DNA of 64,000 nt from Yuukianura sp. NJ FZ-2021 (taxonomy: Eukaryota). Below, one piece after another: positions 47,401-58,856 of this stretch. The stretch's first letter is position 1. Each line of letters starts with the position of its first letter. Made by a program: the position numbers and the translations under genes. A model generated the notes under the pieces. The model had not been told where the DNA came from and searched no databases. It saw nothing but the letters and a program-made list of their open reading frames with translations. The stretch is taken from positions 3,658,001 to 3,722,000 of the forward strand of contig CM102290.1 of NCBI GenBank assembly GCA_046563655.1. Reading direction: 5' to 3'.

Positions 47401-50400
47401 CACAAATTCTACCCAAACAAAAATAGCAAAAAATCTGCCAAATTTGAATTTTGAAGAAATTTTACTGTCAAAATTTTAGAGTTTAGACAAAGCGCTTCTT
47501 TTCCTTTCTTGTCGCTCATCATCTCTGTTTTTTCTATCAAAACTAAAACCCTTTTTCTCTTTTTGAAGTTTTTTGTGCTTGGATCGAATTTCATTTTGTA
47601 AAAACGAAAAAGATTTCTATTATTTAAAACTTTTCCTTCTTTTTTAAAAAGAAAGTAAGACGTTTTTTGCTTGTTCCAAAGTTAGCCTACTTTTGGTGTT
47701 TGTCTTTTTAATATTCTTGGCTCCATTTGCCAGTATGAAATAATCATTAGGGCGGGACGGGAGAAATTTCAAAATGAGGAACACTTTGGACTAAAAACGT
47801 AGACTTTGGGCTGATATTTTTGGTCACGTCGGTGGACCTCCCTTGGGGGCCTTGAGAACCAGGAAGTTTGCTTCACGGATTCTCTCGTATTAGAATAAAA
47901 CTTCTATGTAAACCTGTTTTGGATTCTCACCAAAGTTACAAAAGCTGGGTTTTGAGGCGGGAACTTTCAAAGTAGCAGGGGTCACTGGATCCCTTTTGGA
48001 ATTTGTTTGGCGGGCAAATTCAAAATTTTGATTAGGTCAGCAGTCATATTTCAAGAAACAAAATTTTCCCAATCCCCGTAAACCACAAATCTAATCAAAC
48101 CAAGCTATGTAAATCAGTTTAGGCTAATTTCAAATTGGTTGGCTTTGCAAAATGGGAATCCCAAATTCGAAAAACTCATTTCTAAATAAGTTAAGTTTTT
48201 TTTTAAAAGTAATTTTTGAAATTTCATAGGTTATATTAGTTAGGGTTGCCCAAAAGTATAGTGGGGCCACTGGGTAGTGCTGGACGTAGCCTTGGGAATG
48301 ATTCTCAAATTGGCAGATGAAGGAAGACTGCGGGCGGTTGAATTTAAAAATGATGAAGACTGGGATTAAGGGACAAAGCTCAGTCGTAATGGGCCCTCTT
48401 TATGCGAACCTCCTACGTCAAATAAATAGTTTACACTTCCTAATGCTATTTAGACTAAAAACAACAAACATCTTGAGAGTAACTCCATACTTTGCTTATT
48501 ATATTTTGCTATTGTATTTTATTATATTATATTATTATATCTACTTTGACATCTCATGATGCCTTTCTCCGGGACTTTCAGTTCAACGTAAACAACAGTT
48601 GACTCCCATTGTCAAACATAATCATAACCATATTTTCATTTTAAAAGGGCGCGCGAATGTGGGGCTCAAAATTGCTTAATAAAACAAAACCAAAACAATA
48701 TTTTTATAACAATAAAGAAAGGAGGACGCCATTTAGACTGTTTTAGAATTAAGAATCATGAAAAAATTACTAAAAATAATTACAGGCAGTTTTTAAAACT
48801 AGAATTTGGTCAAGAATGCCACTGTACTTTCAAAAAGCATTTAAAATTTTTTTTAGTTTGTTTTCTTGCAGTGAGCTTTTTGGTTTTCAAAACGTTCATT
48901 ACTTTTGCTTTTACCTAAAAGAGTTACCGATTTATAAACAGAGTGGGTACAGAAAGTTAAAAAAAAACAAGTTGACAGAGAAAATTTGAATCTTGGCGCT
49001 TCTTTCTGCTGTAAAATCGAGCTGATAGGGTTCATTGTTTTCTAAATTGGAAGCGAACGCGGGAAACCTTGAAGTATTATTTGAAATTATTCAAACAAAT
49101 CCAATTTCCATAAAATTGACAGTTTTGAGGGTGGCGGGTGAAAGTGGAGAAAGTGCTAATTGAGTCAAATGAAGAAGAAATAAGGCAAAGTTTTTCCTTT
49201 TAATTTTCTCCTACGAGTGGTGGTCGGAAAAGTCAAGGACTTTTTGCCGCACTTTAAAATTTTTCTTTCGGTTTTCCCTGCAGTGAAATTAATCATTTTT
49301 ATTAAAGTGGCTTTAGAACTCAAAAATTTTGCTCCTTTTCCCCTGCGGTGAAAATCAGTCATCATGATTTATTTCATGATCCTTTTCTCAACTCATTTAT
49401 TTAACCTAAAAATCTTTTTTAGCATTAGAATTAATAATTACAATAAAATACCCTATAAACGAAACTAATGTTGAAAATAATTTTGATTCGAAATTAAAAT
49501 CCACAGAATTTTAAACTGGAATGCGAACTTTAAAAATTTGCAGAAACTTTTAAAAAAAGAAAAAAAGTTCACTTTCCCTCCGAAATTCGGTTTTCTTCTT
49601 AATTTTTTAAGAGGCGTAACTGCATTAACTTAACGACATTTTTAGTGAGTGTGACACAGTTTACATACTAACTTTAAAAACAAGAACAGTAAAGTGGGAG
49701 AAAAGTCAATTTAGGGTTAAAAAGGTGGCTTTTAGAATACAAATGGGAAATTAATTTCGTTAATCGATTACTTTCTGGACCATAGCAATCGATTTCCCCA
49801 GTAACCACGCCCTGTTTTCGCACTTTACTTTTTTCTGGCACTAGCCGTTAGTTTTGATCCTCCTAAAAAGAATGGGACACTTTAGACTAAACGACTGATG
49901 GACATTCTACAAAATGATCTTAGAAAAGTAAACGACAAAGTGCTATAATGATCAGGGTCGGGTAATTAGCTCCAACAACTTAAATCTCCCGGTCGAAATT
50001 TAGGTCTAGATTAAGCTAGTGTTGGGTTTGAAATTTGGCACTTCAGTTTAAATTACAATTCTTCCATCAACTAAACGACTTTTTCAACAAAAAGTTTCAC
50101 TGCACATTATCCGCTTGTATACAAAGCCTCTGGGGCGTGGAAAACCTTTCACGAGCGTGATTGTCTCGTCACTTTTGTTTTAAAATTTGAACGTTTAGTG
50201 CTTTTCGTGGTCCTGAAAATGCTATGAATTTTAAAATTTTGACTGCATAGGTGCTAGGGGGTGAGTGTTTGTGAATCTGGTGCGTCCTTAATTGCAAAGT
50301 GTTGGATCTGTTTCATGGGAATTCGGAAAGAAAAGTGCCAGATGATCCCCTGGACTGGAAGATTATGGCTCCAGGAGGAAAGATAGGATCAGATGTACAA

Positions 50401-53042
50401 TGAACCTCAAATGAGGTTCCAGCTATTAAGGACATGGGAGTCAGGTTTAAGGTTTTAGCCTAACCGTTAGGCCAGCCTAACCTAAGGTTAGGTTGAGGTA
50501 AGCGTTAGGTTAAGGACAGACATTTCGTTAAGACTCTTAAGAACCTTAAGCTTTCCATCCTCGTATTCCAGAATCCGTCAAAGACCCTAACGAATAAACT
50601 TACGTTACTTTAAGTCCAACTTTCACCTTCTCCTGCTGGTTCAAATTCCATACCTACGCTTTTCACACAGTGAAGATATCCTCAAAATAATGAGCCTCCT
50701 TTATGTTTTATTTTTTTTACAAATTGAAATTTTAAACAAAATTCTCAGACATTTTAGTATTTTTGGTTTTTTAAGAGATTTGTTTGGATTGAATTTCTCC
50801 TAGAGTTGGAATTTAGCTTGGAAATGAAAATCGGTTTTGAGAAAATCCTCAAAATTTGAAACTAGAGTTGTGCAAGTGGGCGGTTCTGTTGGATTTGTTT
50901 GAGCAGAAGATTTAACTTGAAAGTTCAAAAGCATTGCTTTTGTTCAAAAGGAAAGAAAGTTTTTCCGGGTAGTTGTAAAAGAAAGTTTTGGTGTTTTTTT
51001 CTGTTTTTAGAATTTTTGGACTTTAATCCGCTTTTGAAGCTTAAAAAAAGAATGAAGCGCTGTGATGATGAGGTTTTTGTTCAAAAACATGACGCAACTC
51101 GTTTCAACCTTGTCGATTTGGTAGGGTAGGCATTTCAAATAAAATTTTTGAAAGAAAATAATAAGAAAACATTCACACTTTCAAGATATCTACCAAAATC
51201 ATGCAATGTTTCTGGATCCAAGGTTTTCAGAATAATAAACTTCATTATACGTTTTCACAAAATTTCAAATCCCTCGACACCAACTCTACCAAAAGTTATG
51301 AATTCCCTTTTTGAATTTTAATTTCAAAGGTGTTGAAATCCTTGGATTTCCGTTTCAAAGTAAGTCTTTTTTTAGAGAAACTTTTCAAAAACTTAAAACA
51401 ACTCTGAGTTTCATGTGCAATTCCTAGCATTCCGTATTTCAGAACGTCTAAACAATGGAGTTCATTTGGAATCAAACTTTTAGAAAAAAAAATTCTGCTG
51501 AAAATCGATTTTTTTTTCTTTTGAACTTTTTACTTTAGTACAAAAAAAAATACTTGGAAAATATTTTTGGCATTTTTTCTAATACTGTGCAGCTCGTTAG
51601 TTTTGTCGAGCTCGTAGTTTCAAAAGTCAGATCGTCATTGCAAAAAGAAAAATTTCCCGGTTCTTTGTTCACATTTTTACGGAAAGGTTAAGAATAGTTT
51701 GACCTTTGACCTTGCCCTTAGCGAATCAAATCTTTTAAGACTGTTGTGTACAAAGTACATAAAAAGAACGGGAAGAGATGGATGAAGTTTTAGAATGTGT
51801 GCACTAGAACGATAGTAGAATGAGAGAAAGTCACCGAAATTTGTTCCTTGAGCTTCTGGACTTTGTTTATTCCTTTTTTCTCTCTTGACTTTGTTCAAAA
51901 CTAAAACAGAAAAGTTTTTACAAAAGCTAAAACGCAGGGACTTTTAAATCTTTCCGCCAAACCAACTCCGCCGTTGGACGTCCTGTGCCACAACATGCAA
52001 TCTCAACTTGCCCCACGAACGATTAACTCTTCTTCGCTTTCTAAAACTTCTTTCAAACGACTTTCTCTTTTTCTAGATTTCGATGCCAAGATTTTCCACA
52101 AGGAAAATTATTACTTTTCCCTTGTTCCAAATTTCAAAAAAGAAAAAAACGCAAAGCGGAACTGAGTAAATGATCCGACTACGCAAAGTTAAAATAAAAA
52201 TAGGGTTTTTATACGCTCCGGGAACATCGAGCTGCTTCGGCTTCCGGTCAGAACAAAGTTGTTGAGCGGCCGAAAATAAAACTTCAAGCTTTTTTTTTTG
52301 AAATTTTGAAAAATAAAATTTATACACGTTGTTTTTTAGCCGACTTTCCACTGATGACGCTCTACGTTGTTCCAAAACTACGAACAGATGCTAGTGACTT
52401 TGTAGAAAACGCGAGACGGAATGCTCTGGACATGTTCGATCCGAATCATATAGGTCACTGTGGTGACCACTTTTTTCATTTGTGTCGTGAAGTAAGTTGA
52501 CCTTTGACCTCATCAAGATCCACTTTATCTAACATAATGTTTTTTTTGTCTAGGTTGCTACAATTGCACGACCTCCATTGGAAACGCCAGGAAAGAAAAG
52601 TAAAACGTCGACGACTGGCTACATCATTTCAATTTTTCGAGTTTTTGATGGAGATGACCGTGAAAAACTTGAACGCAACTGGCTCTACTGGACAGGTATA
52701 AAGTTGAAAAATTTCAAAAATCAAACTGAAACCTCAAAATTTTGGATTTTGTACAAAAAGGCGCCAGAACACTGTATCGACACCTTCCAAAAAGTGTCGG
52801 ACTTCGTCGAATCACTCTGCATAAGTCGGCAGCTCTTCGTGGAGACAAGCTGTACCTTCTCCTATGTGAATGTGCAACGTTCCTCGAAAATGTGGTAAAC
52901 TTTTGAAAATTTTACGAAAAATTTCACTTTTCAAAAAAATAAGAAATTTTGTTTTTAGAATTCTGCTGCCCAGTTACTACCAGCTTTACGAGCACGCCTT
53001 TGTGGTTACACTGGAATCTATCGTGTTGCTGCGGCCTTTTAG
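36284..53042 (+). CDS. Conserved uncharacterised invertebrate protein (tentatively DUF7153-like), 497 aa, exons 36284-36757, 41348-41554, 44522-44651, 45006-45176, 52340-52491, 52554-52695, 52761-52894, 52959-53042
   Basis: All junctions are GT-AG and phase-consistent (1494 nt). Conserved-looking blocks LSRDCFIIPLACVDRFLPAG, EVATIARPP, TGYIISIFRVFDGDDREKLERNWLYWTGARTLYRHLP..GLRRITLHKS and LPALRARLCGYTGIYR. The G/S-rich first exon is less certain and the domain name is from memory. Confidence 0.85.
44945..44963. promoter_or_regulatory. Perfect palindromic IR1 site GCAAGGTCA-A-TGACCTTGC (intronic)
   Basis: AGGTCA 44948-44953, 1-nt spacer, TGACCT 44955-44960; the palindrome extends to 9-bp arms. 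Confidence 0.55.
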
Positions 53043-54132
53043 CATTTCCAAAAATAATTTAAAAAAAAACAAGAGGAGGAAGCAGAAGCAGATTGAAAAT
53101 TTTTCCAAAAAACAAATTGGAAATAATTTTCTGCCAATAATTCAAATTCAAATACTCAAGAATTGCTAAAACCGAAAAACTCCGCAAGCTAAACTCTTCA
53201 AAATTTAATTCAAAAACGTCCACGACTGAACTACGAACAGAAAAATGTTAAAAATTTGATTATTCAAAAATACGGGGTGGATCAAAAACTTTTAAAAAGT
53301 TAAAAGTTGCCTGAAATCAAAATTACTTTAAGATTTTTTGATTTGTTCAAAATATTGTTACATACTGTAACAGTTTGAACAAAAAAGAAAGTATTCTACA
53401 ATGCTAAAAAGTTTTCGTAAAACGAAAAATTAAAATTTCATGATAAGCTCTCTCAATATTTTTTTGAAAGCAGAGGAGCAATTCCTGTGGCAAAAAAAAT
53501 CAAACTGAAAATGTGATCCAGCTACATTGAACAAAAATTGAACTTTTTGATTTTTCGGTGATGCTTACATAAATTTTGATGCTTACATCAAAAGCATATT
53601 AAAAAGTGAGCCAACGAAGGTCAAAGGTTGTTTCAGCGAAGGTAATTTTCAGTCATGTGTTGATTCCGAAATTTATAAAAAGTGGATATTTTTAAAAAAT
53701 TAAAATGTTAACTGATATCCTGTTTGTTAAACAGGGAAAAAAACTACAACTAAAAAAATATTTCAGTTGAGAGCTCATGCGCAAAATTGGCATTTTACAA
53801 AAAGTATTAACGCTACGCTTCTAATGCTGACCAGTTGTTGAAAACTTGTTAAAAAAAACTATTTTAAAAAAAATCAGATGAAACGAAAATTTCAATAATA
53901 AATAATATTATATCTATATTATTTAGAAACTGTATTATCGTTACATTTGGACTTTAGTTCTGTTAAGACTCGAAATAAGAAAATATCAAATTGCCAAAAG
54001 TGGATTTTCAGTTAAACTAAAATTTTTGTAGCGGAGTTTGTGTCCCCACTAACAAAAACAACTAACTTTAAAGACTAAAAAAGTGTAGAAAGCTATGAAT
54101 TATAGGATTACTGACCAAATCAGTATTTGGTT

Positions 54133-54350
54133 GAGGTAAGGTTTAACTACCGTAGTTGTAGTTTGCCCAGCGTTGCCATTGTGATGCTACAATGGGTAGC
54201 TACACCGTGCGGCAACTTATGCTGCCGCTTTACGTTAGCAGACGTTAAAATGGCTACATGAGTTGGCTTTCAGTTGTAGCCAGCAATTGTAGCCACACAA
54301 AAGCGTGGCTACAGCGTGCGGTTACAACGATGGTCGTTAATCCTTACGTC
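54133..54350. mobile_element. Small degenerate MITE, ~215 bp
   Basis: gtaaggtttaactaccgtagttgta versus tacaacgatggtcgttaatccttac; internal tgtagcc/ggctaca motifs resemble those of the 17780 element. Confidence 0.6.
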
Positions 54351-54644
54351 GCCCCTTATTTTAGAATAATAATTTAGACGTTTAATTAAACGTCTTAAAA
54401 TTGTTTAGAACGGAAGTTTTATTCATGATGTTAATTGAAGATGCCAAGAATAATATACAATTCCATCAGATTAAACAGATGTAGCAATAAAAATTTATAT
54501 TAAGTATTTGGTAAACCTGTCTTTTAAAGTATGAGGGAAGAGAAGTTAGTAGTTATAAACTATGGATACACCAATTGAATAATTTAGCCAACTATATGTA
54601 AGCAAAAAGAAATCCTTTAAATGACGTTGTTGTACACGTTATGC

Positions 54645-54915
54645 CGGTTCCATGCCATTGTGTCAATTGAATTGTATCAACTGCCATTGCATCAACTGAA
54701 TTGTATCAATTTGAATTGTATCAACGCTCAATTGTATCAACGGCTACTTGTATCAACAAACGTAACCAAACCTAACCTAAGCTAAATTAAGCATTACACT
54801 TGTTGACACAATTAGTCGTTGATACAATTGATCAGTTGATACAATTCTAGTTGACACAATTCAGTTGATGCAATGGCAGTTGATACAATTCAATTGATAC
54901 AATGGCGTGCTACCG
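54645..54915. mobile_element. MITE, 271 bp, CGG...CCG termini, 6-bp TSD TTATGC, arms built of TTGTATCAA subrepeats, CCTAA core
   Basis: cggttccatgccattgtgtcaattgaattgtatcaactgccattgcatcaactgaa mirrored at about 54860-54915; TTATGC at 54639-54644 and 54916-54921. Confidence 0.9.
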
Positions 54916-55044
54916 TTATGCCTCTATACATATCTTTACTTTAGATCATAAGACAAAAATAAATAAAGGAGCTACCAAAAAACACACAAGCTGAGCAGTA
55001 TCAGAGGCAGTTACAAGGTTCGACCTAAACACACTGCTTATTGC

Positions 55045-56581
55045 TTAGGATTGCTCGGACGCTCCTGGCATGTCTGAAGGAACAGAAAGAGGAGAATGGT
55101 CCGATGCCGAAACAGAAATTTCTGGAGCATTATGTTCCGAGAATAGAACAATTTTAAGCTGTTTCTTCAGTATTGGTAGGAAGTGTCGCTCAGATTCACT
55201 GTGACCAAGGAGAATAAGTGTCCGACTTCCCTTCTTGCCACTGTGGATAAAGTCCAGTATCTCGTGATGAGCCATTTCACCAGTGATGAAGCATTCAACA
55301 TCATCTGGACACTCTTTTGCAAGAGATCCCCCACTTCCAGCGCAGACACCAAATCGAGTAAGAAGTTTAGTGCCTGTTGGAGTAAAAACAAGTTACGTCA
55401 CACATAGACATTGAAACCGTGCCTATACAATTCAACCCCTTTTAACAAAGATATTTTTCGATATACAATTGCCCTTACCATCAGTGTTTCCAGCTAGTTG
55501 TACATTGGATCCAACTTTTACATTCAAACGGCGGAGCACCTCGTACAAAGAAATTGGTAGTTTGACTGTAAAGTAACGACCAGCACCTGGCCAAAAACGT
55601 CCGCTCTCAAAATTGTACGCGGCGCCAGGCCAAAAACGCTCAGCCTCAAAACTGTACGCATATCTGGAACAAAACGATTTCAAAGTTATATTCCAATGCC
55701 TCAGAAATAATTTACGAGAATAGAGATCTTTTTCTAATGCGATTCCGAAGTCCTTCCTTACCCTTCGTATGACGGACCTTGAAAGTACTCGTCAATTTCT
55801 GGAGGGTATTTTTCCGTGTTGGTCATGGATGACTCATCGACAGCAATACCAGTAATGACGCTTGAGAAATCATTATATCCAGTTACTCTCATACAGAAGT
55901 GAAAAGAATTTGTATCATCCAATGTTGAAAGGAACAACTTCGAAGCTAGTTCTTCACTGGTTAAAAGTGCTTTACTCTTAGAAAAAGGATGAGCATATCT
56001 GGAAGTTATTGGCCGTAGAAAATCGATTCCGTTTGCAGCTCGTATACTGAAGGCTAAAAATTCACAAAGTATCATTTACACAGTAAGAAATTAGTATGCA
56101 AGATCAAAAATCGGTGCTAAATGAAGTTTTACCAACAAACTCCACAAGTTGATCATTCACTCCGCCTGGGATTACATCAAGGGCAGTATGTGGTGAGTAT
56201 ACAACAATATCGTTCGCAATACATTTAGCGACAACGCGTTCCTAAAAGAATTAAATACATATTAATAATTTTAACTTATGACCTTCTGTGCAAATAAATC
56301 AAAACTTGGCTCACATTCCAACTTCCATAAGCGACAGTTTTAATAGCCTTGAACAGCAAGGGATGATAGGTGATGATCATATCAACTTGAGCTGCCACTG
56401 CTTCATCGATGACTGCTGGAGTCAAATCATTACACAAAAGTATTTTCTTGATCATCTTCTCATGCTTCTCCTTTGTAGAACCAATAAGAATCCCCACGTT
56501 ATCCCATGGCTCCGCAAGAAGCTTCGGTTTCAGCCATGCATTCAAACGTTTCTCAACAGTTTCCAATGTCAACGGACCCAT
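55045..56581 (-). CDS. NIF3L1: NIF3-like protein 1 (DUF34/NIF3 family), 5 exons
   Basis: AEPWDNVGILI, ILLCNDLTPAVIDEA..DMIITYHPLLF, VYSPHTALD..PGGVND, VCAGSGGS, ITGEMAHHE, LGHSESERHFL; short GT-AG introns. Confidence 0.95.
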
Positions 56582-57255
56582 ATCTTGACTCTGGAAAGAA
56601 AAGTTTCGTTAATCACCTTGAAAGTACGACAAATTTTTTTGGCAGTTGCCACTTCGAACTTACCATTGTACTGTACAAAAGTCCACGAGCAGCACACCTT
56701 GAAGCGTTTCGGAGGAGTTTAGCAGCGCCGTTTATCATTAACTTAGTCACCCACCCCGTAAAATTGATCTACTAAAGCAATTAATTCAACAATTAGAATT
56801 AGAATTAAAATTAACACATGAAATGTCTGCGAGCTGTGATACACCGCGCCACCGCAAGGCAACGTTGCTACCGAGCGGCTGTGTTTTCTCACATCACACC
56901 TTCACCCTAACCATGCTGGGCAAAAAATTAAATCGTAATTAATACGTTTCATGAAATCTGATGACAATTAACCTTAGCTTCAAAGACTAATTAAAATTTA
57001 AATATTAATTGATAACTGATTCATCAAGGTGAGCATTCATCTCTGCTTAAAGAAACTAATACGTTCGATCAATTAATATTGACCAAACTTCAATTTGTTT
57101 GCATTCGCAATCGCAACTGAAAAAAAATCGAACGTATCCTGCGCCTCACTACTGCAAACAACTTATAAACAATAAACTCTTTCCTTCTTCTAATTAATCT
57201 CAATTGTTGTAATTGAAATTAAAATTATACTACATTGAATCCAGCAGTTACAACA

Positions 57256-58085
57256 ATGGATCCACTTGACCCAGTTATAGCTCATCATCTGCAAAAGAAT
57301 CTGTCCCCTTCATCCTATTCCTATCTAATTACAACAATTGGACAATCCAGTGACTATGTCACTACTAGAAATCAAGCTCTTAACTCGGGTATCAAGAAAC
57401 GATCTTCAAATTCCCGACCTCTGAACTCCAGCAATTGTCAGCACGGCAGTATTTGCCGTAAAATTCTACAAAAAGTCACGTTGGGAACTACTGGAAGTAC
57501 GGCAACTATTGGGGCGGCGCAAGTCCATCAAAATAGGTAAACAGCGTCCGAGAAAAATTTCTTTGCATTTTGCACTAAAAAAATTGCTTAAATGAAACTA
57601 ATGAAACTAAAAATATTACTTTAAACTAATGCATTAATAACGTCTAAATTCAAATTTTGCCGAGATCCGAGCCATCTTTACGTGACTCTCTTAAGGAAAC
57701 TGAAGAAAGCGTCTACAATCCCTTGATTGGAAAGATTGCTTCCAGTACTGACACGCTGTCCACTTCTACTTTTGGCATTAATCGTCTAAATAGAGAAAAA
57801 GTCAAAACTGGAAAGTACACCCGAAGTCAACTGAGCCAACCAATTAGCAATCCATTGTACAAATGTTACGCTTCCAAATGTCCAGTCAAGTCAGATGAAG
57901 AATTGGGACAGGAGATCATTATTCAAGTCACAGACAGATTTAGCAAATGGCTGACAAAAATCGGCGGAGATGACATTCAAGAGAGCGACTACTCAGCAGA
58001 AAATCTACGGACTATTTTGCATACTGAACTCTTCATAGCGGATTCAGATCAACTCCAGTCCATCCGAAGTATTTACAAATTATAA
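57256..58085 (+). CDS. Uncharacterised two-exon protein, 233 aa (57256-57536, 57665-58085), divergent from NIF3L1
   Basis: caacaATGG start; AG|GTAAAC donor and ttttgccgag acceptor join two open frames in phase (702 nt); no family recognised. Confidence 0.6.
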
Positions 58086-58856
58086 GTACACGATCCAACT
58101 GAAGCCAATATTTCAAATTACGAATTACTTCGGAATTTTCGAAATTACTTTCAAAAAAACGAACGACCGACAGGAACATTCAACATTTTCTGAATTGAAT
58201 AGAAGCTTAAAATCAGTTAAATTGGTTGTTGTTGTAGCCGTTAGAACTCATTCCTGTTTTTTCATTAGGTAAGTGAAGGTTTTCTAACTAACTATTAACT
58301 TTCAACTAATTCAACAATGTATGCTGAAGTAAAATTCTCGGGGAAAATAGAATTTAGAGCGAGCGGCCTAATAAAAACAAAAAAAATTCCAGATGTCGTG
58401 ACTCCATATTAAATACATGGAATGGGTGGGTTCCTTTAAATTTCAACTGGTGTTTAGAAAAACAAAGAAAAGTATTGTTAATTTTTTTTAGAAAACTCAA
58501 TTTTGCAGCGATTTCTATCGCTGCAAAACACTTTCGATGTTAACTCAGTTTTGTTTTGCAATTTCCAAAAAATTTAGCACACAACGCATCTTCAAAACTT
58601 TTCAAACCTTCACTTCAAAACCTACCTTTTTTCTACCTTTTTTTTGTTTTTTCTACCTTTTACTCCTTTTCTACTTAGAATTCGCCAATTCAAAAGCCTT
58701 CTCTCCGAGTTTCTTAATTTCGTTTACCATACCAACCGCGATTGAAACTAGCTGAATTCAGTATTGAAAATTTTTCGCAAAAACTTAAAACTTGATTTAT
58801 TGCCTAACCTGTTAAAGTAAAAGTATTTCTTTGTTTATCCACCTTGCGTTAAATAT

